NCBI RefSeq assembly: GCF_016433145.1
Contig: NC_058133.1
Location: 429,563,511 to 429,627,510, forward strand
DNA length: 64,000 nucleotides
Direction of reading: 5' to 3'
Source: Gracilinanus agilis
Lineage: Eukaryota
The notes below the pieces were generated by a model. It was not told the origin of the DNA. It saw nothing but the letters and a program-made list of their open reading frames with translations, and made no database searches. The translations under genes and the position numbers were made by a program. The stretch's first letter is position 1, and every line of letters begins with the position of its first letter. Of the stretch, positions 23,750 through 36,010 are shown in pieces.

Positions 23750-24400
23750 ATTTATACCACAATTTAAGGTCTTCAGTAAAATAGCTCCTGATTTCTTGAT
23801 GACTGCCAAATCTATAAAAAAATATTCATAGTGGCTCTTTTGTGGTGGCAAAGAACTAGAAAATAAAGGGATGTCCATCAATTGGGGAATAGCTAAACAA
23901 TACTTGTAATGGAATACTATTGTGCCCTCAGAAATGACGAACAAGATGATCACAAAAAAACCTGGAAAGCGGGCAGCTAGATGGCTCAGTGGATTGAAAG
24001 CAGGCCTAGAGAAGGGAGGTCTTAGGTTCAAATCTGGCCTCAGACAGTTCCTAGCTGTGTGACCCTAGGCAAGTCACTTAACCCCCATTGCCTAGCCCTA
24101 TAACAAATAAAATTTATATATATAAAGATATTAGGGTTTAAAAAAGAATTTAAAAAATCCTGGGAAGACTTATATGAAGGGATGCAAAGTGAAATGAGAA
24201 GAACCAGGAGAATGCTATACACAATAACAGCAATAATGTATGATGATCAAATATACACGACTTAACTTTTATCAACAAAGTAAGGATCAAGGATAACTCC
24301 AAATGACTCATGGATAAAAAGGTAATCTACTGCTATAGAAAGAAAAAAATCATCCCAATTACAATTTGAAATACACCATTCTTTACTTTATTTCCTTCAC
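23750..24400 (+). mobile_element. Old L1 3' end with a nested SINE
   Basis: aaaaatattcatagtggctcttttgtggtggcaaagaactagaaa...atgtccatcaattggggaatagctaaac. Confidence 0.75.
23971..24150 (+). mobile_element. Didelphid SINE1/2-type CORE-SINE
   Basis: gggcagctagatggctcagtggattgaaagc...; degenerate TSD aaaaaaacctggaaag / aaaaaatcctgggaag; part of the 3' body replaced by AT-rich filler (~24101-24132). Confidence 0.85.
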
Positions 24401-24799
24401 ATTTTGAGAGTCTTTAATATCCAAGGTGAGGGGACATAGGAGAGGAGACAAACTCCTTCTAGATGTTCTGCAATCTCACTAGAAGGCCCCTTCAGCTTTC
24501 CACAAGAGAAGAAAGTTTACTTCCTAGTCTCATGTAGTATCCCATCTGGTACGATAGTGATTCAGGGTCATTTAGGATGATGGATATTGGGGATCCTGCA
24601 CCCAAAGATTTGGCACTCTTCTTAACCTTGCCCACTCTACTTCTTCCCTACATGGCAAAAAGAATAAGATGAATAATCTTCCAAGCTTCCTCTTCCCAGA
24701 AAAGTCCCCTACCAAAAGTCACACAACCTAGCCCTGACAACAAAGTTCAAAGATGTCATCAAACTGGTCATCTCTAATGTATTTTTGAGGCTCACATCT

Positions 24800-25050
24800 C
24801 CCACCTGTGTTGCAGTGTTTATACAGATACACCAGTCAATATGGGAATCACCAAGTAAACAAGTTGAACGTTTTCCTGGTATTATAATACAATGAAAACA
24901 TATTACAATATATTATTGGGCATCACATAATATTTCTTTGGTGACTGAGAAGGCAGGAAGTTCTGGTATTGACTATTTGACTGATATTGACTCATTGACA
25001 AAGTAAACTACTTTTTCTCCAGAATATCCTTGTCAGACTCTAGGCATAAA
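24800..25050 (+). mobile_element. Possible ancient RTE-like ORF 3' remnant
   Basis: KQVERF...EKAGSSGI-like decayed translation; weak. Confidence 0.3.
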
Positions 25051-25716
25051 TGTGTCACCAAAGAACTTTTGTATTGCAATGAACTTAATGAGAAATTGTT
25101 AATAAGGATTTATCCCTTTGAAATTACCAATAGTTAAAGGTGGATAGGGAGAGAGATAGGGATAGGAACTACATCTATTATCTCTCTGGTTGTAAGAGAT
25201 TCCCAGTGAAGAACTTTTGTTACCAATTCTGCATCAGCATCTGCTGTGTAACATAATGAATGTTGCACTTTAGTAGACAGAAGCTACTCCTCTGATCCTC
25301 TCCTAATACAACCAGAACCTATTCAAATTTTTTTCCAAATTGCTAGAGTTTAAAATATCTGTCTTTTACATCACTAGTCTTTGGGAAGCTAGGTTTATCT
25401 CTCAGCCATAATGAGTCATAAGAGTAATATTTATGTAGAGAATATCGTAATAATAATGATAAAATATCATTTTATAACCATTAACATGATGCTTTAAGGT
25501 TTGCAACCATGTGGTCCTATTTCTAACATTTTAGGAGAGACAAATCACCTCAGGAGCACTAACTGGATCCTGACATTTGATACAATGTTTGCTTCTACTT
25601 TAGTTTAAAAATGGAGTTCAGGGAAAAGTTGGGAGATTTAATTATTTCTATCAGGATGTAAGAAAAGGCAGTACTTTAGCAATTTTTTTGTTTTATCCTC
25701 TGCCCATCCCTCTACA

Positions 25717-25719
<3 letters not shown>

Positions 25720-25767
<48 letters not shown>
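25720..25767 (+). repeat. (AC)n microsatellite, ~24 units
   Basis: Perfect dinucleotide array. Confidence 0.98.
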
Positions 25768-25769
<2 letters not shown>

Positions 25770-26679
25770 CCAAAAACTTGACCAAGTAAAATATTTGACT
25801 TTAACCTGAGCACTCCTGAAACTAGTCATGCCTAATTTGACAGTTGCATAGAGGACAAAAATTGCATCCCTCCACCCCACTCTCCATATTGTTCATCAAT
25901 AACACTATCACTTATGTTTGTCTAATAGAAAAATGTCAGCCATAAGGAGGCAGAAAACATTCTCCTTTTGTTCTTTTCTTTGAAAGTTTACATTAGAATC
26001 AAGATTATGCGAGAGAAACAAAAATGAAACAAACCTCTCACCAATGTTTCAGAGGACACTCAGATTGTAAGTACTGATTCTGGGTTCCAAGTACATGTTC
26101 CCCTCTTTTTAACCCTTCCCCCCATTATTCCTCTATCGTCTAAGGATGTTCTAATATTCTTCTTAATTCAAGGAATCCTAATCCACAATAGATTTGAACA
26201 CATATGAAAACAGAATGAATAAAGAAAAGAAGTGAATTTTATGAAACTTTATATAAAACTGGCTTGTGGGGATAGACAATGAAAAAGTATATGCCAAACT
26301 CCCAGGACAGATTTTGCATAAAATTATGTCCCCCATTAATTAAAAAGTGTTCATTTCCAAAGGTTATGATGGTGTACCATTTCTGTGGGCACATTTGGGT
26401 ACATTACTGTGAGAAATTGATTATTAAAGTGTTTCATAGCCACATAGCTTTCTTTTTAAATTTTACCTTGAGTATGTGAGTTGTTTTAACCTAGCCATTC
26501 CCCTAGAGGAATAAAACAGAACTATAACATACATAAATAGCAAATAATAATTTTGCCATCCATTATAAGGTACCATGTTTAAAGCCAAACGTTTCTTCAA
26601 TTCTTGCTTAATTGAACTTTAAATTAGTTTTGAATTGTGAACATACACATATTATAAAACACATTAAAAGAATAATTCT

Positions 26680-27060
26680 AAGGTTATAATGGATAAACGG
26701 TCAAAGAAAAGAACAATTTTCAAAAGAGAAAATATGCATTATTTTGAATGCTCAATGCCATTAATTACTTAATACAAATTAAAATAAATTTTAGGTATTA
26801 TCTCATATAGATGGAATCTGAAAAGAATTATTAAAAGTGCTGAAACTCAAGACTGGCAAGTTTGTGCAAAAAGAGGTACATACTGATTTTTGGTGAATGG
26901 TAAATTTATCCTATGTTTCTGGAGAGCAGTCTGGTAGTACAAAATAACTGTATGTCCAATGAGAGAGTACATTTGTTCATGAAGTATCAGGACCTTTTTT
27001 TTCAGTCCCTCCCTGCAAGGCCCTATCAAAATTTTCTGTCCATTTATTATTATCATTTAC
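26680..27060 (+). mobile_element. Old L1 ORF2 3' fragment
   Basis: aatacaaattaaaataaattttaggtattatctcata; tttctggagagcagtctggtagt. Confidence 0.55.
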
Positions 27061-27759
27061 CTTTCATCTTATATGGTCTTACAATTAGTGATAAAGTATG
27101 GAGATTGAACATGCAATTTCACTGGCATCCCAACTGGGACTTCCCCGAAAAGGAAACTGACCCTAAAAAATGGATTTTCACAAATTCTCTGCATCTTGGT
27201 CTTAGAGGGCTATCCAGACTACAACACCGATTGAGTGTTTAAGTTGTTAGGAGGTTAAGTGCCTTACTGTAGTTCAGCTAGTCTATATCAGACAAATAAT
27301 TTGAACCCAGGTCTTATTGACCAACTTTAATTCTAGCTCTTTATCCACAGTTTTTCTTGTGTGTTTTTTTGTTGTTGTTTTATAATTATTGTTAATTTCA
27401 CAATAAAAGTTATTTTAATAGAATTGAAATGTTACAAAAATAATCATACCCTTTCATCTTATAATTTCCAGGTACACTTTAAGTACTGATGGCTAATTAA
27501 GTGAAAATTAATTTCTTATTCTGTTTAAATTTTGAGTTGTGGGAAGGGATCTAGAAATTAGCTATATTTGTTTGGGAGTTAGGTAAGACAACATTTTTAA
27601 ACAATAATTTCGCCCCTGGCATTTTATTCTTCCATTCCATATCTAAATGAAGGAACCTTACCAGAATTTTGGGATGTGACATAAATATGTTTCACCATAT
27701 TCCCCTTCCCTACTCCTCTCTCCAAAAAAGTGTGTTAGTAAAATGTTTTAAATGTAAGG

Positions 27760-28070
27760 ATAAAACAATCCCAAAAAATGTATCAGGGGGTCATAATAGA
27801 GAACTTTTTCATATTTATCTTACCTTAAATAATACTTTAAAAATAAGTGTCATGATGACCAACTACGCATAAGAACTATTATCAACAAGGTAAGAGTCCA
27901 GGACAACTCCAAGAAATGAAATGGCAAAAAGGGATATCCAAAGGCACAGAAGGAACAGAGTCCTAATGCAAATTAAAACATACAATTCTTTACTTTATTT
28001 CTTCCATGAATTTTTCTCTAGTATAAGAAATATGTTTTGTTTCACAATGTAACAAATATGGACATTTTTA
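27760..28070 (+). mobile_element. L1-derived 3' end (WALLSI4-like)
   Basis: aagagtccaggacaactccaag...catacaattctttactttatttcttccatgaatttttctctagtataag. Confidence 0.55.
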
Positions 28071-28899
28071 GCATAGGATGATATAAGTACAGTCCATGTA
28101 AAAATGTCAAAATAACAGGAATTCTTAGCCTATATTTGATGATTATTAAATTAATAATAAAAATACAACTTAAAAAGAGAAATGAGATTTGCAATACCCA
28201 TCATGTCTTTTTATTCAGCAATTCTATATTGGGGAATAATCTTGCACGTTTTATTTTAAAACCAATAAAATAGTATCTACACACATTGAAAAATGAACAG
28301 TATGTGTATTAGTGAATAAAATGGAAACACTGTAAATATTTAATAATAGGGGAATAACTATATTGTGATATTTTAATGTAATGAAATATTCAGATATAAT
28401 TAAAGCTGCCATGATGAGGAATCAGAAGATATCTAGATGGACTTCTATGAATTAATACAAAAAATAAGAGCATAAAATATGTACCAGCTTTGATCAAATA
28501 AAAGAAAAGCTGAAGGAAAATTAAAAGACAAAGAGAGATGGGGATGTAGAGGGTTTGAAAAGTGCTATGATGATTTATGAATTGAAACTAAGTAAGTTAA
28601 ATGAACATAGATAAGTGAATATGTTTCATTGTTTGTGACACTCTTCAGTATAAAGTTCCCAATAAATCATGAATTTAAAAATAAAATTTAAAACACTGCG
28701 ATGAAATATTATTGAGAAACTTAAAGTATTTTGGCATTGAGGCAATCGGTAATAAATGGAAATTGATATTTGAGGCAATATGTCACGTACCTCAAGCCAT
28801 TATATTTCAACTGAATCAAAGGGATTCATGCATATTTTCACTGCTGTTTGTTTTGAGGTAGATAGAATCATAGCATTTTGGAGGTGATCAGTTTGTTTA

Positions 28900-29390
28900 C
28901 TCATCTCTCCAAGAAAAGATCTCAGTTTTTGCTTCTAATTTCTTCTTCCCCTTAACTGCTCCTTCTCAGCTAATATGCCTAGTTCAGTATTAATCTCTTG
29001 CACCTAAGAATGAGGTTCTTCTCAGGCACTACCCTGTACCTTCTCTTCTTTCTCTATATACTTTTTTTCTTAGTGATTTATGTTTTTGTTCACTGAATCA
29101 TTGCCTGTATGTAAAAAAACACTCAAATCTAGTCTTACTTGTGACTTTCTTTCCTATCCCTTGGTTTGTCTATTCGTATAAGAAATTTTGGTTCTGACCT
29201 GTTCCCATTCTTAATATCAATTTAGAGATACTACCTAGAGGGTAGCTTTAACATGAATATCCAAGCATCTACTTTAGCTTACTACAGTGGTTTGTATAAA
29301 CCATTTCTGCCCCAATGATATGTTCCAATATATTTGTTTCCAGTACTTACCAGCTCCATCTCATTTCTTCCTCAGTGGAACTTTTCCATT
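28900..29390 (+). mobile_element. L2 fragment, decayed; contains copy A of the 89-bp duplication
   Basis: Pyrimidine-rich L2-like text (gttcttctcaggcactaccctgtaccttctcttctttctct...). Confidence 0.45.
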
Positions 29391-30274
29391 TGTAAAAATA
29401 CAAGCTTAACACTGAGCAAGTTTGCCCAATGCATGCTTATGATGGGAACTCAGAGAGGTTAAAACTTGATAAAGCCAAAAAGAGAGAAGGAAGGGGAAGT
29501 GCAATGGGGATTGAAGGGGAGAAGAGGGACTTATATGTAAAGAGACGATGTTTAATAAATGTGTGGTATGTGAATGGAATGGAATATTATACAATTGCTT
29601 ACTTGTGAAAGAAGGCTCTACATTGTCCACATCTTCTTTATAATAGTATGGAGAAACTCTTCAGCTCTTGAACTCTGTGCCAGAAGAATATCAGTCCCAG
29701 CAGGTATTGCCTTCTTGGAAAGAATTTGGGTACAATCTCAGTAATAGACTGAGTTTTCTTTCCAAGAACAAAGCCTTCCAAAAGACAGATAAATAAATCC
29801 ATGCTACTACTACACTGATCATTCACTGGTGAATTTTAGAATGATCTTAACCTTTTAAAGAAAAATAATTTTTAAAAAGTCCTTATTCTGTTACTACTTC
29901 TACAGTGATAGTAGCAGATTTACAGAAAGGAAACCAAAGAATGCAAAAAATACAACTTTTTTTTTTACTTTTTTCAAATGTTACCTTAGATGTTGGTATT
30001 ATAAGTATGAGATCCATGTTCAGTTATTAAGATGGTGACATATTGGAGGAAATGAGTTATATTTTTATGAACATTCTGACTCTGGATAAAATCAGAAAAT
30101 AAAAGGGAGGTGAAGTTAATTAGAAAGATGGCTTACAGGCTATCCTTGTAGAGAAAAATAAATTATGTGGTAGAATGTATTTTATTTTGTGTCCAAAGAA
30201 AATAAGAACCGACACTTGGTCAATTTGTTTTATTTGGTCATCCTGTATAGCAGTATTACTTCTTTGCAGAATAA

Positions 30275-30570
30275 AAATAATAGCTAAACTAACTGACATT
30301 GATACAGCACTCTAAGGATTGCCAAGTGCTTTAAGTACATATGTATATGTGTACATTAACATCCAAACATCTACTTTAGCTTACTATAGCAATTTATATA
30401 AACAATTTCTGCCCCAATGATATGTTCCAATGTATTTGTTTGAGGTTATATATAATCTCATTTGATCTGCAGAATTATGAACAACTTTGGGTCATTATTA
30501 TTCTCATTTTACAAATGAGAAATCAAAGATAAATAGAAAGAATGAGGCTTGCCCAGGGCTACCTGGATGG
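30275..30570 (-). mobile_element. MIR SINE, antisense, interrupted by copy B of the 89-bp duplication
   Basis: ataatagctaa...cagcactctaaggattgccaagtgcttt | ataatctcatttgatct...ttattattctcattttacaaatgag. Confidence 0.7.
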
Positions 30571-31385
30571 CAAGTATCCGAGGCCAAAAAAGAACTTTAA
30601 ACACCTCATTGCAGCCTATGCACCTATCTTTGTAGGGTAAAATTAACACCAGAAAAAATATACAGAGAAGTAATTAAGGTTCTCCAAATAAAATATCAAG
30701 AACTGGAATACTACTTGAGGGATTGAATCAGATGCTTTGATATTCAGTGACTTCAGTGCAAAGTTGGGATTTGGTATGACTGATATAAATACTGTGCAAT
30801 GAGGAAGAATAAGGAATAAGAGAGGCCAGAGTTTGCTGTTATACAAAAATCTTCTAACTGTATACCATGAATATTTTCTTTGAGAAAAGAATTAAAAATT
30901 GGTAGGCAAGTGCTGAATAATATCACAAAAATAAAATTGATTACATTTTAACAGACTGGAAATTATTCTTTGCTGTTGTGAGAGCTGCTCCTGAATCAGC
31001 ACTCTTTATAGCCAGACTAATGACTTATTAGAGCAAAGATTTTTTAAAATGGTTAAAAGCTAGTAGACTAAAAAGGAGGAAAAGCTATGATGTGCAATTA
31101 AAACAATTCTGACTTAACACACTTAAATGAACTATTGATAATAAAAACAAGATATGTGTAGAAGAAAAGACATCTTAACATTTAATTTGTTTTCATCATG
31201 TAGAAGTTTGTACAATTTAAATCATTGTCATAATGATGGGGGGTCAAAAAGAGACTAAAATTGCCTTAGCCACCAAAGATTGTGTTTTGCTTGGTTTTCC
31301 TAAAGATATATAGTATCCAAGGGCAAAATCAGTTTAGACTGCCAAGTCATTTATAAAACCATGTGGAGAATGGTGGTGGAAGAAA

Positions 31386-31386
<1 letters not shown>

Positions 31387-31423
<37 letters not shown>
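31387..31423 (+). repeat. (TG)n microsatellite, ~18 units
   Basis: Perfect dinucleotide array. Confidence 0.98.
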
Positions 31424-31425
<2 letters not shown>

Positions 31426-33539
31426 AAAAAAAGAGAGACAGAGGGAGAGAATCAGAAAGAAGCAGAGATAGAAAGAGAGAAAAAAGAGAGAACCTGTACA
31501 AAATAAAACTTTCAAACAAGATGGGTGGAAGAAGCAACTAAGCAAAGACATCTCAAGGTTATTTAAGAAAAAACAACTGGTACTTTATTTCCTCCATGGA
31601 TTTTCTCTGGAGAAAGTAATATATGTCTTCTTTCACAACAAAACAAATGTGAAATTATATACTATATGATAATTGATGTACAACCTACATCTTATTCCCT
31701 TCTTTCTTAAGGAGAAGGAGGGGTAGGAGAGAGAAAGGGAACAATATCTGCAAAATATAAGAAAGTGAATATTTCAAAAATTGTATTGACATATAATCTA
31801 GAAAAAATTATTTAAAAAGAATAAAATTTGAATGATTATAAATGTAATATAATATAGAATATATATAATGTAATAATAATAAATAAATGAAGTAAAAATT
31901 GCAAAGATTTTTTAATGTAAACTTTTTACATTAAAGAAGTGTAGGTGCAACACACTTGGACTCTAAAATCCCAGTTCTAAATGTTCTTAACAATAGCAAT
32001 GACACTAGAGAAAAACATTGGAAAACATTGTTATGATTAACTTACTAAAAACAAAATATTGCTAATTTTAATATAAAATCAATTTTGATTAAAATATTTC
32101 CATGCATAATGTTTATTTTGATATATAATCTAAAATGGATATTTCAATATCAATTTCAATTGAGGGAAAAAAATCTTCAGGTTTGGACTTATTTTTTGCA
32201 GTTAACCATGTAGCCATGCTAGGTACCACCTTTCTGTTTGATTTATTTTCCTTCTGAAGAGGCAATCATCACTGAAACTCATGGGTACTCATAATATAAG
32301 TTACCATAGCATTTAATTAACTCCTGGAACTTGCCTTTCAGATGGTGCATTGTCTCAGGAAGAACAATTACAAATCATTTCAGCTTCCTCATTTCAGCCT
32401 GTATTCCTGAGCATCCCCTTAGGATTTAGGTGAGCTAAGCAATTGGGTTTAGAAAAGGGCAATGATAGAGCTTCCGTCTTGACAGGAGTAATATAGGCCT
32501 TCAAAGCAAGCTCATGTATTCATGGAAACAAAGGGAAGGAAGACAGGAGGATGTCTTCCACCACTGCTCTTTCCCACAGTAATTATAGGACATTTATGTG
32601 TGACCTACTTGCTGCTCCTTTCTCAATGTTTCAAAGGAAGCTTAAAATGCAGAATTATGGCAAAGTACCTCCCAATCACAGAAAATTAATGATGGAAAAC
32701 ATTTGAGAAATATTCTTCATTATTCCATTAGGTTGACTGCACAATAACCCTTTCCTGTTTTGAGGTGTTTCCCCAAGATCCCATGGGAGACGTTAGCAGT
32801 CAGAATCAATTCATAGAGCATTTTGCCTTGTATTCAATTTAAATGTTTTCTGTTCTTATTTAAATCTCATTATATTAGAATATATCTCTTTGCATATTGC
32901 TAAATAATTCACATTTTACTCATGTTTGTTCTTTATATATGCATCTATCATTCAGTCTTAGTCATTCATTAGTCAACTTAATCAAGCAAGTAATAGTTGA
33001 TCATATTGATGTTCCCCCCTCAATTAAACTTTCCATTTTCAGAATAATTTTTATTCTCTCTAGAATTGATCTATGTCTATGCATTGTACTATAGAGCGGG
33101 GTGCTGTCCCTATTTAATTTGCTTTTTCTTCAAGTCATTTGGAGTTGAGGTACATATCATCACCCATGCTCAATATTAGATGAAAGTTCTTGAATATTGC
33201 AGTGTTTCCTGGACCTTTGTACTACTATATCAAGCTCAAGACTACTGATGAGTAGTACAGAAACAGAAAGCTATGTACTCAATATTACAACTTGCTAGAC
33301 TTCCCCATCTATTGAATATCATAAATTTAAATATATGGAGTTTATCATTTGCCATTCATTTTTACTATAGAAAAAGCAAAATTGCAAAGAATTCCTTCCA
33401 AAATTAATAAAAAGTTATTGATGAAAAGGATGTAAAAACCTGGGTAATCCTCTCTCGGTCTGTGTTTCTGTACCTTCCTCCTCTCCTTGTTCCCCTTTCT
33501 TGTGCAAACAGATATACACTCACTTTCTCTTACTCTCAT

Positions 33540-33582
33540 GTATATATATACATATATGTATATATATATATATATATATATA
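33540..33582. repeat. (TA)n microsatellite, interrupted
   Basis: Visible TA array. Confidence 0.92.
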
Positions 33583-33699
33583 AACAAATACCTATATTAA
33601 TACAGACATATATATTTGTATTTCTGTGGATCTGTGACTTCATTGTTATAGAAACCATCCTTAAGCAATCCATGCCAATAATTCCACCACAAATTTTAA

Positions 33700-33830
33700 T
33701 CTTAATGAGTTACTTGGGGCATTAAAAAGTGAAATGATTTACCCAGGGTTACATAGCTAATATGAGACAAAGGTGGAACTCTAACCCTGGTCTTCCTGAT
33801 TTTGAGGCAGTATTTCTGTTCACTAAATCA
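33700..33830 (-). mobile_element. MIR/MAR core fragment
   Basis: aaatgatttacccagggttacatagcta...ggaactctaaccctggtcttcctga. Confidence 0.6.
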
Positions 33831-35177
33831 TACTTCAACAGGTGAATACACAGATAGACACATGTATAGATACATGCACATATCCTCCTAGATACTCACA
33901 AGCTGCTAACGTCTGATTCAAATCCAATCTATTCAAGTTAATGTTCACAATCCCCTACCCACTGAATCCTGCCCTTTAGACCAGCCAGAATTTATTATGT
34001 GAACTCATAGTGAGGACAGTAGCAATTTACTTAAAATAGAAAGCCTGGATTCAGTCAAGAACTAGATTAACAGAAAATATTCTGAGCACCTGTCACACCT
34101 AGCAAACCATCTCCATACACAGATCTACTGGGGAGAGGGCTTCAGCAAGAAACTGCCTTTAGTTATGATTCAGGTTGTCAAAGTAGGAAAGGTGAGAAAG
34201 TGGGAAAAAAAAGCATTTTTATTTCCATTGGAACAGCAAATGGGTTGCATGGAATAGAAGTAGACTCGCCTTCAACTATATCTCATTCTTGTGTTTCTCT
34301 CTAGCATTTCTTCCTTAGATTTGAAAGTCTCTGTGCAGGAATTCCACATCTTCTAAACTTGCTAATATTTGGACCTTCCTAGTAAAGAAAGGCAAATTCT
34401 ATAACGGTTACCAGAGCACGATCAAACCAGATGTAGTCTGTCCTTTCAGAATAGAATTGGTGGAGTTTGGGGAGGCCAGGTTTTTTGAAAAACATGGTGG
34501 TGTTACATCAAGGAAGCCCTTTCCTACAGCCATCCTTCTTGTAAACCTTCGAGCTTCTGGTCTCTAGGTCACTTTTGGCAAGTTTGCACAGGTGGCCAGT
34601 TACACATCGTGTAGATATTGAAGTTATGTCAGAAGTGTCTACTCATGGTGCCTCCTGGAAAATACAGCTCATAAAAATCTTGGAAGTGCATCTATTGGGA
34701 TATACCTTTTATATCCAAGGACCACTTCAGAATCCAAAATCCAAAAATAAAACTTAAAACACTATATAAATGTCATTCAGTACTCTTACCTCCCCCAAAA
34801 GAGAGAAAGGCATAGATATACATATATATATATGTACTTTTATTATCTTTCTTCACTATAATTATAAAATAATTTGATAAATTGTAAATTGGTGCTGATT
34901 TGAAAGATAAGATTCAATGCGTAGGGAATTGTAAGCCCTAATTTGAACAGATTGATCTGAAACTTGATTCAGGTTTTTTAAGTTTGTGACTAGGCTAAGG
35001 GTATACATGTGTACATATATAACCATAAACACACACACACACAGACACATATATAAACATACATGATGCATTTTACGTATCTCTCTATATGTAATATGTA
35101 CTACATGTGTATATATTTACTTGTATGTATATGTACACATATATGGCTTCCTAACCTCTCAAATAAATTCCTTGTTC

Positions 35178-35526
35178 AAATTCAGTAGTGTATTTGAGTT
35201 AATACAGTATTTATATAGGGAGCAGCATGGTTTGTAATACTTACAATTTTGAGTATTAACTCCTACTAATGAATTGGTATACTTACAAATTACAAAGTAG
35301 TACTTACAAAGTGTATACTTAAAATATTTACAATATACTTACAATAATTATAAATGATAAAGTATTATACTTATAAATTACAAAGTATATACCTACAAAC
35401 CAGGCTGCTCCATATAATATACTTACAATAATTATAAATTATAAAGTGCTATACTTATAAATTACAAATTACAAAGTATATACCTACAACCAGGCTGAGT
35501 ATTAACTCAAATACACTATTGAATTT
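35178..35526. repeat. Nested inverted repeats enclosing an ~84-bp-period tandem duplication
   Basis: 35178-35205 vs 35499-35526 inverted, 27/28 identical; 35213-35236 vs ~35394-35417 inverted; ~35332-35407 vs ~35416-35497 direct. Confidence 0.85.
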
Positions 35527-36010
35527 ATATGTAATCTTGCACATTACTTAGGAGAGTGTAACTTTCAAGACTAAGGAAGAGATAATTCCATTATACTTTG
35601 CCCCAATCCATGAACATTTGGGAGGACTGTGACTGTTCTCCATAGCAAAGTTTAGGAACAAATCAATAAGCTAGAATGTCTAAAAGAGAACAAATAAGAT
35701 GGTGATGGCCTTTAGTCCTTTACATATCAAAATTGGTTGAAGAAAAGGTGTTTATTTTTGAACAGAGAAAACACAAAGGATCCATGATAGTCCTCTAGCA
35801 TTTGAAAGGACATGAAATGGAAGAAAGATTAGACTGGTTTTCTAATTGGCCACTGTGGGCAGAGCCAGGAGTAATGTACAGATATTTTAAAAACATAAAT
35901 TAAAATGAGATTTAAAAACTCCTAAAAATTAGAGCAACTGAAAAGTAGAAAATACTATGTCCAGAGGTAATGGGCTCCTCATTTGTAATGATAATATAAA
36001 GACTACATGA
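35527..36010 (+). mobile_element. L3/CR1 3' region
   Basis: gactaaggaagagataattccattatactttgcccc; aataagctagaatgtctaaaagagaac; gaagaaagattagactgg; ccagaggtaatgggctcc. Confidence 0.7.

Noticed and set aside
34420-34490. Kinase-like look of IKPD...IELVEFGEARFF
   Set aside because: Spacing between the putative catalytic loop and DFG is too short, HRD and DFG are not intact, and no other kinase motifs are nearby.
35178-35526. Canonical MITE (Tc1/mariner, hAT or piggyBac)
   Set aside because: No TA, TTAA or 8-bp target-site duplication flanks the inverted repeats; kept as a rearrangement finding instead.
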